DNA of 63,903 nt, counting the filler, from Octopus bimaculoides (taxonomy: Eukaryota): the NCBI RefSeq assembly GCF_001194135.2. It is 5 parts of 5 records of this genome, joined end to end, with 100 filler letters (N's around TTAATTAATTAA, not from the genome) between each part and the next. Parts side by side here need not be neighbours in the genome. Positions count along the whole stretch, not along the records: positions 47,204 to 58,356 come from NC_068996.1; positions 58,457 to 62,443 come from NC_068982.1; positions 62,544 to 63,903 come from NW_026402680.1; 2 more parts are not named here. One strand, given 5' to 3'. Positions 50,081 to 63,903 of this stretch are shown here, one piece after another. The notes beneath the pieces are model-generated. The model worked only from the letters and a program-made list of their open reading frames with translations, had not been told where the DNA came from and did not search any database. Position numbers and translations under genes: made by a program. Each line of letters begins with the position of its first letter. The first letter of the stretch is position 1.

Positions 50081-50699
50081 GTGACAGGTTCGTGGAGCAT
50101 CATGGAGGCACCAGATGAAACAAACTTGGACAGGAATGCTGCCGACGAATATTATATTTTTTATTAGTAAAAACAACAATGAATGACAGAAGAAAGAGTA
50201 ATATATGTGAGAGGGAGAGAAATGGAGGGGGAGAGAAATGGAGGGGGAGAGAGAGAGAGATGAATAACAATAACGAAGAATACTGATTAGGGGTTGTGGG
50301 TGATGGTTAATAATGGATGTCGATAATGATTGATAGGGAAGAAGTAATGGAAGACAGAGAGAGAAAGGGAAAAAGAAATAGTTATGGCTAACAAGAAAAT
50401 AAAAGTAATGACGGTGAAGTTTGAAGATCGACAGAGACCAATGCGTTGTCGACTCTCGTAACAAATACAACGGTAATAGAACAAGGATAGTGATAACAAG
50501 TAGTCATATTGTTAAAAGAGGCAATGATTGTTAGATGAGATTATCAAAGAGAGGCTGAGAACGATAGATGAAGACTTCATAGTCGTGAGAGATCAAAGTA
50601 TACATTCCAATCCCCATTCGCATCGCTGTCACCAAGTTTGTCTATTCTTTCATGCTTGAATGGGTTGGGAGTGTCCTCTTGTTCATTTTTGTCATCAAT

Positions 50700-51540
50700 T
50701 TTCACAACATTGTCACCCCTTTTTTCTTGTCCTCTCTCTTTTCCACGTGTTTCATACATTTCTTTATACAACTGGCATCATCTAAACACATTACATGCCG
50801 GTACCAGCTTAGTATTCTCTCTTGTATACTACACACGATTCCTCTATATTCAGTTTTTCAGTCAGTTCAGTTGTTGTTCTTCGTTTATGTACACTGGCAT
50901 AACACTTGCAACCGAAAGTGTTTGCATTTAAGATTCAGGTCCCATTACCATGCAGTATCGTGCATCATATGTAAAGCATCATATAATCTGTCTTTTACTT
51001 TGAGAAAGAGAACCCAGCAGCGGTAACAGCTCCCTGAACTTTTCTACCCTGTTCTTACGTCGACAACTACACTTTCAAAGCACCCATCTCGGTTGCTAAA
51101 TCACTGTGGTAGCAAAAAGTATAAACAACTTCTACGAAGCGTTTTAGCCTCTGTAAGAATTTATATGGCACGTACTCATAATCTCAGCTACTCGTATACC
51201 TCTGCTGTGCATGAAGCCTACTTTCCATAACAGTCTGTAAGTGATCCAATTAAATCTTTTATGTGTTCATAACTATCAATGAGTACACTATATGGAATGC
51301 CAATATATTCCTGATCTTCATATTAAATATAGCCACTTACCGACGGCAGTAGGGCCTCATCATCTTTTCTTCTAACTCATGCCTTAATTTTTGCTAGGTT
51401 CATTCGTCTTTATTCTAAGTTTGTCTTCGAAGTCTATACATTCTTCTTCAAATCTTTGATAGATACAGCTCGATGACAGATATTAGGTATCAACATACAA
51501 GACTTCCTGCAGACAACCCTTCTAATATTGCTCTCTTATG
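50700..51540 (-). mobile_element. Decayed RTE-clade LINE 3' fragment
   Basis: GKWLYLI.RSG...THKR (Cys-rich insert remnant) and RGIVCSIQERILSWYRHVMCLDDASCIKKC. Confidence 0.65.
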
Positions 51541-52559
51541 CACGTTATTATAAACAGAATATAATTGAATTGTGAACCCACGCTATTTTCATGCTGAATT
51601 TGTTGCTAACATTCATCCTACCATCGACACAACAACTGTGCCTCGCGTGCACGGATCTCAGAAAATGCCTGTCCTTATTATTCTTAGCAATTACCATGCA
51701 ACAGGGTTTGGTACTATGGCAAAGTTTATTCCAGGTCCATAGACAAAGGCATCGGTTGTCCACTGCACTAGGCATAAATTTGAAGTGGATTTTTTTCTTG
51801 CATAATGGTCTACTTAATCACTATTACATATTTTTCAGTAATTCTCTCCCTCTATACCGCTCTCTTTCTATTGATATGCGCGGGCGCGCGTGTATTATGT
51901 ATGCACACACACATACATATTAAAAAAGGTTAACGTGAGTTGTCATATAATAAGATTGTGAAATAATCAGCGATTTCAAATTTTGTAGCTGAACAATTTT
52001 ACCCCGAAACAATACTATGTTGGCGAAGTTTATACGCATGTATTTATATTTGAATATTTATTTTGGGTGTAACATCGGTCTCCATTTTCAGTTAATCAAC
52101 AATGAAAAAAAAAATAGTAATAATAATGTGATTTACTTGACAGATCTATTGATAGGATGTTGTTTTAACAAGTGGAGAGATTCATCTAACGATACGGCTC
52201 GTTCTGGCCGTACAGTGTCGATCAGGAATACGAGTCTTACTTTCAGTTATTCACCCATTATGAACTACCCAGACCTCACTCATAGCTGTGCGTCTCGCTT
52301 GAATAACTGGGATATATCTTCGTGAATTTACGAACTAAATTCAAACACACACGAACTAAAAACAATTTAAATAAGTAGTTACGATGCTTTCACATCGCAC
52401 GGCGTAACTTTTCGCTATAAAAGGAAGAGTTACTTCCCTTAACGTAGCTATTTTTTCAAAGCCTTTTCAAAGCAAATGGCGGGGAAGAGAAGTTAACTAC
52501 GAAATTACGGGACAGAGGAATCAGGCGAATGGTGAATGGAGTGACATCATTTAGAAAAA

Positions 52560-52745
52560 AAAATTCAGTCATTTCACTGCGGCCATGTTGAGGCACCGCA
52601 TTGAAGGGATTTAGTAGAACAAACTGACTCCAGGGTTTATTTTTTCAAAGCCTAGTACTTATTCTATCGTTCGGTATTAACGAACCGCTAAGTTACTGGG
52701 ACACCGGTTGTTGAACGGTGGTGAGGGACAAACGCAAACACAAAG
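52560..52745 (-). mobile_element. SINE family B 3' part
   Basis: TTTCACTGCGGCCATG...AAGCCTAGTACTTATTCTATCG...GAACCGCTAAGTTAC. Confidence 0.7.
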
Positions 52746-52924
52746 ACACACACGCATAGGTACATACACATACAAACACACACACACATACATGCATACG
52801 TATTATTATCATTGTTTCTGTGTGCGTTAGTGTTGTTTGAATTGTTGCCAGTGTGATCTGTTGGATAGTCATTGTAGATATTGTAGTTGTTTCTTCTCGC
52901 TTGGTTGGTATTATAGTTCAAGTC

Positions 52925-53140
52925 ACAAGGCGGCGAGCTGGCAGAAACGTTAGCACACCGGGCAAAATGCTTAGCAGTATTTCGTCTATCTTTGCGTCCT
53001 GAGTTCAAATTCCGTCCAGGTCGACTTTGCCTTTCATCCTTTCGGGGTCGGTAAATTAAGTATCAGTTGTGTACTGGGGTTGATCTACTCGACTGGCCCC
53101 TTCCTCCCAAATTTCGAGTCTTGTGCCTAGAGTAGAAACG
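52925..53140 (+). mobile_element. SINE family A
   Basis: GGCGGCGAGCTGGCAGAAACGTTAGCAC head with A/B boxes and core. Confidence 0.85.
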
Positions 53141-53199
53141 ATTATAGTTCGAGTCATTATCACTTTGATGCATTAATTGGTTGGTATTAGCGTTGTCTC

Positions 53200-53708
53200 T
53201 ATGTTAGAGTCACAGTCAATTTTTACGGGCTTATTTTGAGTGCAGTCTGTTCGATGTCTTAGTTTACGATTGTTAATCTTATCAATGTAGTGCTCTATAA
53301 TTCATGAGTAAGCATAGGACAGTTTTACAGTGTGTCGGTTGAATATTTTACTGTACGCTCCGTTTTTAAGGAAGCAACAATCGAGTGCAGCGAAGAGTTG
53401 TTTCACGATCTTGGATGAGATGTTCGAGCCCCAGATTGGGTTATACCAAACGACATCATGGTTTTTGTATTTTCTGTAAGGTCTGTTTGGAGTGGTGTTG
53501 GGATTTTGTGGTGTTAGGTGTTTAATGTGTTGTCTATTGCTAGTTTTCTCTAACGTATAGCTGATTCTTATGTATCTAGGTTTGGTTAGTCTTTTCTTGC
53601 GGTTTGGGATTCTATTATCTCGGTTATTAACTTTATGCATGTGATTACTACTGTGTTTGGCAAGGTTGTTATAATGATTCGTACTATTACTCATTGAGTT
53701 CTGTGAGT

Positions 53709-53749
<41 letters not shown>

Positions 53750-54432
53750 GGGGCGTATTGAATTTTCCCATGTTATCCGGTCTTAGCTAGGGCTGTGTTA
53801 TAATAGGGTGCGTGGTTTTTTTAAATATATTCTCGTTGGCGGATAATCTAGATATTCTGGCCGAGATGTTCTTAATTAGTCCCCTAATTATTGATGGTGG
53901 ATGATTAGATTCAACGTTTATGGATGTTAGGCTCTCATTAGGTTTATGAAACGGTTCGTGTAGACCAGGATCCAAATCGAAAGTAGCGTCTAAAAAGTTT
54001 ACTCTACGGTGTTCGCTATTTATGGTGATAGAGGGTCCAAAATTCAAAAGAAAAAACTTAAAGATTTCTTGTATTTTTCTCGCTGTACTTTAGTACATTT
54101 ATATATGAAGAATAATGCGTCATCCCTGTATAGACCTCCTCTCATTCTTGGAATATATAACTGTATCTGGGATAGGATTTAGATTCCTACGAGGTCTGTT
54201 ACTTCTGCAGAATCTGACGATCTCATTGCTATATCAAACACATTTGGAGTATCAGACCAGTTCCATAGTTTATTATCAAAATCTACAAGGATTCTATGCG
54301 CGGCTAATATGTCAACTTCGTATCTGGAAAGATCAGATTAGATTAAGGCCTTATTTAAGAGGATAGGATTAAAGTTGGAGTAATATCCTTCGATGTCTAG
54401 TTGAATGAATTTACTGTGTTTATTAGGTTGTA
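53200..54432 (-). mobile_element. Penelope-like element (PLE) RT and C-terminal region, decayed
   Basis: FIQLDIEGYYSNF, LYRDDA, VNFLDATFDL, SNHPPSII, VVWYNP, KIFNRHTVKLSY. Confidence 0.85.
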
Positions 54433-55160
54433 GACCGTGTGGATAGGGATGCAATGTGACAGGTGTTGCGGTTGTATAGAGTTGATGGTAAATTGTTGAG
54501 AGCTGTTCAGAGTTTTCATAGAGAAAGTAGGCGTGCATTTGGGTTGGTGGTGAAGTGAGTGGTTTGATGCGAAGATGGGGTTAAGACAGGGTTGTGTGAT
54601 TTCTCCGTGGCGGCTTAATTTTTATATGAATGGTGTGGTGAGAGGTAAATGCTAGAACCGTTGGTAGGAGAGCCCAAATGGTGGGAGAAATGGAGGGAAA
54701 TGGCAGGTGAGTCAGTTGTTGTTTGCTGATGAAAGAGCACTGGTGGCGGATTCAGAAGAGCAACTAAAGTGACTGATGGTAGAGTTTAGAAGAGTGTGTG
54801 AGAGGAGGAAACTGAAAGGGAATGTAACTAAGAGTAAGGTGATGAGATGTTCGAGAGATGGAATGGCTGGTAGGATGGATGTGAGTATAAATAGGTGAGA
54901 TATTAGAGGAGGTGAGTGTTTATAAGTATCTAGGATCACTTGTGACGGCGGATGGGGGTGGGGTGGCTGAGGAAGTGGGATACAGAGAGAAGGAGAGGAG
55001 TAAGATACTTGGAGCTGTGAAAAGTATGCTGAGGGATAAAAGGTTGAGTATGAAAGGGAAAAGAGGTGTGTATGAGGGCGTTATTGTACCGACAATATTA
55101 TGTGGTGCAGAAACATAGGGGCTGAGAGAGGCGGAAAAGAGGCGACTAAATGTGTTTGAG
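54433..55160 (+). mobile_element. RTE-clade LINE RT fragment abutting the PLE in opposite orientation
   Basis: DRVDRDAM.QVLRLY, GLRQGCVISPW, QLLFADE.ALVADSEE, YKYLGS, VIVPTILCGAET. Confidence 0.9.
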
Positions 55161-55431
55161 TCGTCGTCGTCGTCGTCGTCGTACATACACACACACAGGG
55201 TTGACCATAAGTCACCTGACAGTAAATCAAAACCTGTTTAATTCCAAGATTAAAACAAAACATTATTTATATGAGATTTCACTAAAAAATAGAAAAATGT
55301 TATATAAAAAATGATTTTAACACACAGCATTCAATTATTAAACATTCAGAATTGGAATGAATAACTAAGATTGAATATTATTTATGGAATTTTGTATAGG
55401 TATGTATGTATATATTTAGGTATGTGTGTAT

Positions 55432-55496
<65 letters not shown>

Positions 55497-55799
55497 GGGA
55501 TGGTATCAGTAAACTACCATCACGAGTGGCATGTGAATTATCAGCCGTACAGGCAAATTAATAAAATATATACATACAATATTAGATATGTGCATATATA
55601 CACAAGGGTAGTACATGAGTACCTATATCGTTAAAAATAGAAGTCAAAAATACTTGTGAACCAGCGAATAGTCACAAATCTATTACAGACATGATAGGAA
55701 AAATATCAATGAACAATAACAATATCTTACGACGACGACGACGACGACGACGACGTTTGAACACTGTATGTTCTTCTATACTGTACTTCGTTTACCTAT

Positions 55800-56280
55800 C
55801 ATCAGCAGATGTGAATAACAAAGATAGACTTTAACAAGGAAAAACCCTCATCCAAAATGGATTATTTCCGTTCAGATAAATATGTGCAGTTTCTCTTGAT
55901 CATGTGTTAGATACATCATATCTAACCGAGGAAGATTCATCTTTGCTATCCTGGAACAGGAGATAAGCTACTAAATATCTGATCGGCAGAAGAGTTAGAG
56001 ATGTCTCTGGATATCTACGTTATACTAGAAAATATCGATTCTGCAATACTAGAGCAGAAGATAATATCCATATCATCAACAGGTGTCCGAAAATATCCAC
56101 ATAATACTACCCTCACATAAGATAAGATATCGTTTTATCAAATAGCAAAGAATTATCCTATGGGAATGATATCTTTTAGATTTTTGTCCTTAAAAGTTGT
56201 TGAACACGTGACCACCCAGTTCATTAGTTTTGCCACTGGACTACTTTACGAAAAATTATGAAAACAACGAATATGAATTT
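55800..56280 (+). mobile_element. Highly decayed RLE-type non-LTR fragment
   Basis: IFAILEQEI / ATKYLI ... RFCNTRAEDNIHIINRCPK resembles the AIQEQEI.TKY and CCHC-knuckle region. Confidence 0.5.
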
Positions 56281-56290
56281 AAAATTTAGC

Positions 56291-56328
<38 letters not shown>

Positions 56329-56329
56329 T

Positions 56330-56440
56330 GGAACACTGTAAGTCCAGTACTTATTCTATCACCCTCTTTTGCCGAACCACTAAATTGCAGGGGCGTAAAC
56401 ACACCAACATCGGTTGTCAAGCGATGGCGTGAGGACAAAC
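56330..56440 (-). mobile_element. SINE family B internal fragment
   Basis: AGTACTTATTCTATC...GCCGAACC...CACCAACATCGGTTGTCAAGCGATG. Confidence 0.65.
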
Positions 56441-56952
56441 ACAGACACACAAATACATGCATACATACATACATACATGCATATATATATATATATATGT
56501 CGTTCAATGCAAGAAATGAGGAGTAAATAGACAGCCGACAACTGATGAAGGGTCGTTCTTTATATTACTTGTCATGTTTTCCATTAGTTTTCTTGTTTTT
56601 TGTGTATTCAACTCATTTGTTTTCGTATTTCATGTTGGTGACGTCCTGTACCCATATGTGCATATATGTATATATATATGTATATGTATATATACATATG
56701 TNNNNNNNNNNNNNNNNNNNNNNNNNNNNNNNNNNNNNNNNNNNNNNNNNNNNNNNNNNNNNNNNNNNNNNNNNNNNNNNNNNNNNNNNNNNNNNNNNNN
56801 NNNNNNNNNNNNNNNNNNNNNNNNNNNNNNNNNNNNNNNNNNNNNNNNNNNNNNNNNNNNNNNNNNNNNNNNNNNNNNNNNNNNNNNNNNNNNNNNNNNN
56901 NNNNNNNNNNNNNNNNNNNNNNNNNNNNNNNNNNNNNNNNNNNNNNNNNNNN

Positions 56953-57996
<1,044 letters not shown>

Positions 57997-58591
57997 CATT
58001 TAAGTGTGTTTTTGTTTTACTCTAAGTTTGAATGTTATAATTTTTTAAAAATTGTTTTCTACGGCATGATTTCTTTCTTTCTTTCTTTCTTTCTTACATT
58101 CTTTATTTATTTATTTATTCATTTATTAAATTTGATATTTATTTTGATGATTATTAATTACTCTAACGGATTTTATAGCGTTCTAAATTGAACAGTAAAT
58201 GAAATAATAATATAAAATTTTTAGGTTTAGATTTGAGGAAATTTACCGTTTGCTCGTTCATTACACATTTGGGATGGAAAGTTGTGTGCCATCTATTACT
58301 TTTTCATCCTGTTTTGTATATTTTCATGGGTCAACTATGAGCTCTATTTAAAGTTANNNNNNNNNNNNNNNNNNNNNNNNNNNNNNNNNNNNNNNNNNNN
58401 TTAATTAATTAANNNNNNNNNNNNNNNNNNNNNNNNNNNNNNNNNNNNNNNNNNNNTATATATATATATATATACTCAACGACTGCAGCAGTTACTCTGT
58501 GAACGAGTCCCTAATTTGCATACCAAAAGTGTTTTACACTATAAATACCAGCGGTTTGTCAACGGGGATCTTAGTCCACACAGTATCAAAG

Positions 58592-59497
58592 TATTTGGGT
58601 CATCCTATAAATAATGTGGTTTTTTTCAATTGCATGAACTAAAAGTCAGAAGGGGACAGGATAAACTACCTGCATTAACTTGCTATAAAAGCAGGTAGTA
58701 ATTTTACCTTGTACTTATTGTTAGTGCAAGTTTTGAAGAGTGCGGTTCGATTTTAACACGAATTTTTTCAAAGCTAAGTGATAAAGGAGCATATTCGGCA
58801 TATTTCGCTCTATGAGTGCAATGAAGGCAACAACGGAACGGAAGGCGCGAGGAATATTAATGCAGTATATGAGGATCGGACAATAAGCGTAAGCCAGTGT
58901 CAACGGTGTTTCCAGAAATTCTGAGCCGGAAACTACAGCCTAGAAAATGAGCCGCGTCCTAGAAGCTCTGTAGCGCTCGACGAGGACGTCTTGCAAATCC
59001 TGGTGGAACAAAATCCCATCGTAACTGTTAAGGTACTAGCAGAGAAGCTAAGATTTGGTCATTCAACGAGTCATTCAAGGCAGTGCTAGAAGAAAAACGA
59101 CCATCTTTGGTTTCAAGACGAAAGGTGTTCTTCCATCAGGATAATGCTCAGCCACATACATAACATTCCAAAGGTTGGATCAGTTTGAATGAGAAACGCT
59201 GCCCCACCCATTATATTCGCCGGGCATTGCCCCATCTGATTATCATTTATTCCGCAGTTTTCAAAATTATTTGGATGGAAAAAATATGAATTCTGTAGAC
59301 GAGGTCAGAACAGTACTGGAGGAGTATTTTTCGTCAGGGATAAGTGAATTTTGGAAGAGGGGCCTTGCAAGTCTATCAGATAGATTGAAGAGCATTGTAG
59401 AAACTGAAGGAGAATATATTTTAGTTTAAAAAAGAACTTTGTTTATCTTAACTTTGAAAAATAGAAGTATAAAAAACCGCATTATTTATGGGATGAC

Positions 59498-59503
<6 letters not shown>
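58592..59503 (+). mobile_element. Internally deleted mariner transposon
   Basis: TIRs TTGGGTCATCC(T/C)ATAAATAATG(T/C)GGTTTTTT with TA flanks. Transposase remnants include the HTH region, FHQDNAQPH and YSPGIAPSDYHLFRS. Confidence 0.93.
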
Positions 59504-59529
<26 letters not shown>

Positions 59530-59543
59530 NNNNNNNNNNNNNN

Positions 59544-59685
59544 GCTTCTTTCAGTTTCCGTCTACAAAATTCACTCACAAGGCTTTGGTCGGCTCTGGGC
59601 TATAGTAGAAGAGACATGGCCAAGGTGCCACATAGTGGGACTGAACCTAGAACCATGTGGTTGGGAAGCTAGCTTCTTACTACAC
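59544..59685 (-). mobile_element. SINE family B 5' part
   Basis: Reverse complement of the head and the GGCACCTTGG..ATGTCT core. Confidence 0.75.
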
Positions 59686-60690
59686 TGTCACTGGAAATGA
59701 AAAATGGTTAAACGAGGCTGTCTATCACAGAGGGCAAGAAACATCGATTATAAAGGCTCCTACAGCAACACATCAACATACAAGGAAAGGATAGTGTAAT
59801 GTCGAATTGGTGGAACACAACAAATGCTTCGTCGTGGAAAGAAAGACTTCAAGGGATAGATACCTCCACAGAATTAGAGATAAAAGGCTACTCGTTTGAA
59901 CAACGTTAGCTGATCATAACGAAATCTTGCCCCTACTGAAATATTTAAAGGAGGAAGGGTAGAGTGGGTTACATGAACTATGAGTATTTGTGGTATGGAA
60001 TCGAGCTAAGGATAGAAGACACAGTTGATATCGGAGGGAGTGGAACTCGTGGTGTTGAACAACGAAACTTGATATTGTAAAGAGGGGTGTGAACATTAAT
60101 GGCTAACGACGATCACAGTAACAACAACAATAATGGTAGTAAGGAAAGTAGAAATGAACAATAATTGCAGCAGGAGGAGAAACAACAACATCAGCAACAA
60201 AAAGAATAGAATAACATGGTGACGAATAACGACCACAAAAAAACAGTAAGATCAATGTGAAGGAGAAAAATTGTATGAAAGAAACAAAATCGAGAAAAAA
60301 TAACAGAAAGCGGCTGAGGGTAGGAGGAGAGAAGGGAGAGAGGAGAAAGAGAGAAGGACGGAAAACAAGGAAGAGGAAGTGAGAGAGAGAAGAGGAAGGC
60401 AAGAGAGAGAATAGCGAGGGGTGAGAGTGATTGATGTGCAAAATGTGTGGGTAAAACGAAACAGGAAGAGCCTATAATGTAATTACAGTCGGTCCTGATG
60501 GAACAGGTGTATGATCAAACACTTTACAGCCGCGGCTATCCAGTGTCTTTATGTGCCTCGAAGTATGCTATTCAACGTATTCTATCTTCTTCAGATAGTG
60601 AATTGTCATTTGCAGGAGATTTAGTTATTATTTCTTACCAATAAAGTAACGGCTTAAAGGAACCTAAGAAGATAGATAGATAGATAGATG

Positions 60691-60745
<55 letters not shown>

Positions 60746-60746
60746 G

Positions 60747-60781
<35 letters not shown>

Positions 60782-61824
60782 GTGTCAACCTTCTAATGAG
60801 AATGGAATGGTGAAAATATGTGGTGTGTGTGTGGTAAGCGAGTGTGCGCACGCGCGTCTGTGTACGCGTGTATGCTTGTGTATGTGTGTGTTTGTGTGTG
60901 TGTATGTGTGTGTGCGTGTGTGTGTTTTTGAAGGAGTGCGTGTGAAAGCGTGTGGTGTGAGTTGTTGCAGAGTGATAGGAAATGTCGGAGAGAGAAAGAA
61001 AAGCGAGAAAGAAAAACAAAGAGAGAAAGTAGATCGGTTTGGAGNNNNNNNNNNNNNNNNNNNNNNNNNNNNNNNNNNNNNNNNNNNNNNNNNNNNNNNN
61101 NNNNNNNNNNNNNNNNNNNNNNNNNNNNNNNNNNNNNNNNNNNNNNNNNNNNNNNNNNNNNNNNNNNNNNNNNNNNNNNNNNNNNNNNNNNNNNNNNNNN
61201 NNNNNNNNNNNNNNNNNNNNNNNNNNNNNNNNNNNNNNNNNNNNNNNNNNNNNNNNNNNNNNNNNNNNNNNNNNNNNNNNNNNNNNNNNNNNNNNNNNNN
61301 NNNNNNNNNNNNNNNNNNNNNNNNNNNNNNNNNNNNNNNNNNNNNNNNNNNNNNNNNNNNNNNNNNNNNNNNNNNNNNNNNNNNNNNNNNNNNNNNNNNN
61401 NNNNNNNNNNNNNNNNNNNNNNNNNNNNNNNNNNNNNNNNNNNNNNNNNNNNNNNNNNNNNNNNNNNNNNNNNNNNNNNNNNNNNNNNNNNNNNNNNNNN
61501 NNNNNNNNNNNNNNNNNNNNNNNNNNNNNNNNNNNNNNNNNNNNNNNNNNNNNNNNNNNNNNNNNNNNNNNNNNNNNNNNNNNNNNNNNNNNNNNNNNNN
61601 NNNNNNNNNNNNNNNNNNNNNNNNNNNNNNNNNNNNNNNNNNNNNNNNNNNNNNNNNNNNNNNNNNNNNTGCCGGAAGTTACAGAAAGAGCCGCCATGAT
61701 GGTGCATAGAGGAAGAGGAAGAAAGTGAAAAACGCATACATACCTTCATACATATATACATACATAAATGTATACGTGTTCGTACGTGCATGTGTGTGTG
61801 TGTACATATAAAATATATACATGC

Positions 61825-61877
<53 letters not shown>

Positions 61878-62061
61878 ATGCGCGTATACAGACACTCGTA
61901 CACATGCATAGAGGTTGACATGAATAGAGAGAATGAGGAATAACGAAGAAGGGGGAGACGCGAAGGTTAACCAAAGTTGATTGAAGATTTGTGCAGCCAA
62001 GAGAGTGAAGCACGTAATTATATGCGCATATAGACACAAGCACTCACCTACACAGACACAC

Positions 62062-62093
<32 letters not shown>

Positions 62094-62114
62094 ATGTGTG
62101 TGTGTGTGTGTGTT

Positions 62115-62155
<41 letters not shown>

Positions 62156-62406
62156 ACACACACTGACATATAGGGATGCGTACAAGTTCACAGAATGACG
62201 TCCAAAACAACGACAATAACAACAACAAAAATGGAACTGACATTGCATAGCGCATACATGTGAATTATATACATATATATATACACACACACAAGTGCAC
62301 AAAGACAGCTGCGACAGAAATACGAAATGAAAATACACGTAGAAAACCAACATCCGGAGATATAGATGTGTGTATATATATATACACCAGCATATTCATG
62401 CACATA

Positions 62407-62443
<37 letters not shown>

Positions 62444-63179
62444 NNNNNNNNNNNNNNNNNNNNNNNNNNNNNNNNNNNNNNNNNNNNTTAATTAATTAAN
62501 NNNNNNNNNNNNNNNNNNNNNNNNNNNNNNNNNNNNNNNNNNNATATATATATATATATATACACGTACGTATATATATCCAAATATATATGCATATATA
62601 TGCACACTTATATTAGTACATACATATATATGTACATATATATTTATACTGTATGTATATATATATATACATATATAGATAGATGCATATATATATATAC
62701 ATATAAATATACATATATATATATATAAACATATATACATATATACGCATGTATATACATACACATATGCATACATGAATAGATATATACAAGCATACGT
62801 TCGTACGTATAGTGGTATATGTATATCTCTACATACCTACATACAAACATGAATACACATATAGATATACATATACAGAGATGCATAGAAACGTACATAT
62901 ACGTACGTGCATGCATAAATAAAACACACACATGCATATACGAGTCCAACATACACATGTCCGTATATACACATATGCATACATATATATAACTAACCNN
63001 NNNNNNNNTACATAGTACATAGGTACATACGTAGACATATGCATTATCAACATATAATACACACTACATGCATACATAGAAAACTAACAACACTAACAAT
63101 TGCTCCAACAATAAAAAGCGAGATAAATTTCCGAAANNNNNNNNNNCAACACTAACAATTGCTCCAACAATAAAAAGCG

Positions 63180-63480
63180 AGATAAATTTCCGAAAGATAT
63201 CGCCGTTGTTTCTATGCACACAAGGTGGATTGAAGAATGAAGACCTGTAGGAAGAATACCTCTGCTTGCTGTCCTCTTCTATTATATTATAGTATTATGG
63301 CACATTTCCGCATCTACAAACCTAAAGAAACAACCGAATCGATTAACTTAACGAACAATTCACTTACTAAGACAAGTGAAATCCTGCTAAAATGCGAAAA
63401 AGCTATTCAATTCAAACTCAATAATTCCAGAGAGGAATGAAGACTTTATCACCAAATTGTTGTCTATTATATTGGAAATA
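63180..63480 (+). mobile_element. Possible decayed PLE 3' end
   Basis: LTKTSEILLKCEKAIQFKLNN resembles the PLE C-terminus LLNKRSE...KC....KF.L.N. Confidence 0.3.
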
Positions 63481-63872
63481 AGTACATATATATACTTATG
63501 TATGTATGTATGTAATGTATGTTATGTATGTATGTATGTATGTATGTATGCATGNNNNNNNNNNNNNNNNNNNNNNNNNNNNNNNNNNNNNNNNNNNNNN
63601 NNNNNNNNNNNNNNNNNNNNNNNNNNNNNNNNNNNNNNNNNNNNNNNNNNNNNNNNNNNNNNNNNNNNNNNNNNNNNNNNNNNNNNNNNNNNNNNNNNNN
63701 NNNNNNNNNNNNNNNNNNNNNNNNNNNNNNNNNNNNNNNNNNNNNNNNNNNNNNNNNNNNNNNNNNNTGTGTGTGTGTGTGTATTCACACATACATATAT
63801 GTCTCTATAGATTTATATACGTATGTGTATATATACATGTATGGTTGTATATATGCTGGTACGTAAATATAT

Positions 63873-63903
<31 letters not shown>

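Noticed and set aside
54338-54538. 66-aa ORF as a single PLE protein segment
   Set aside because: Chimeric: its N-terminal half is the antisense of the RTE fragment, and only the C-terminal half is PLE.
55161-55755. Opposed (TCG)n and (ACG)n tracts flanking a Tc1-like end
   Set aside because: Only one TIR-like end was found, and the tracts may be independent microsatellites.
63088-63195. ~49-bp direct repeat across a 10-N gap
   Set aside because: Same overlap artefact.

Overview
AT-rich, microsatellite-saturated and heavily gapped animal genomic DNA. The SINE and RTE repertoire looks like an octopus (coleoid cephalopod); this is inference from recall, not a search result. I can support only one intact host gene: a minus-strand dienelactone-hydrolase-family alpha/beta hydrolase with two coding exons, join(36188..35871, 33212..32853), 225 aa, with a Cys-Asp-His triad. 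The rest is transposon debris: many tRNA-derived SINE copies, CR1-, RTE-, RLE(R4/Dong-like)- and Penelope-type retroelement fragments, an internally deleted mariner, MITEs and local duplications. The most interesting unexplained signal is a set of sequence-unrelated, structure-conserving minimal type-I hammerhead-ribozyme-like motifs. The best are at 4806-4844, 7076-7114 and 31831-31865; weaker ones are at 2.7, 30.7, 43.4 and 48.7 kb. Two carry the compensatory U3:A8 core. A second signal is a decayed C2H2 finger fused in frame to an indel-free 18-bp Arg/Ser/Gly repeat at 23.8-24.1 kb. Most ORF-track entries are microsatellite or N-gap artefacts. All alignments and folds were done by eye, and boundaries of decayed repeats are approximate.
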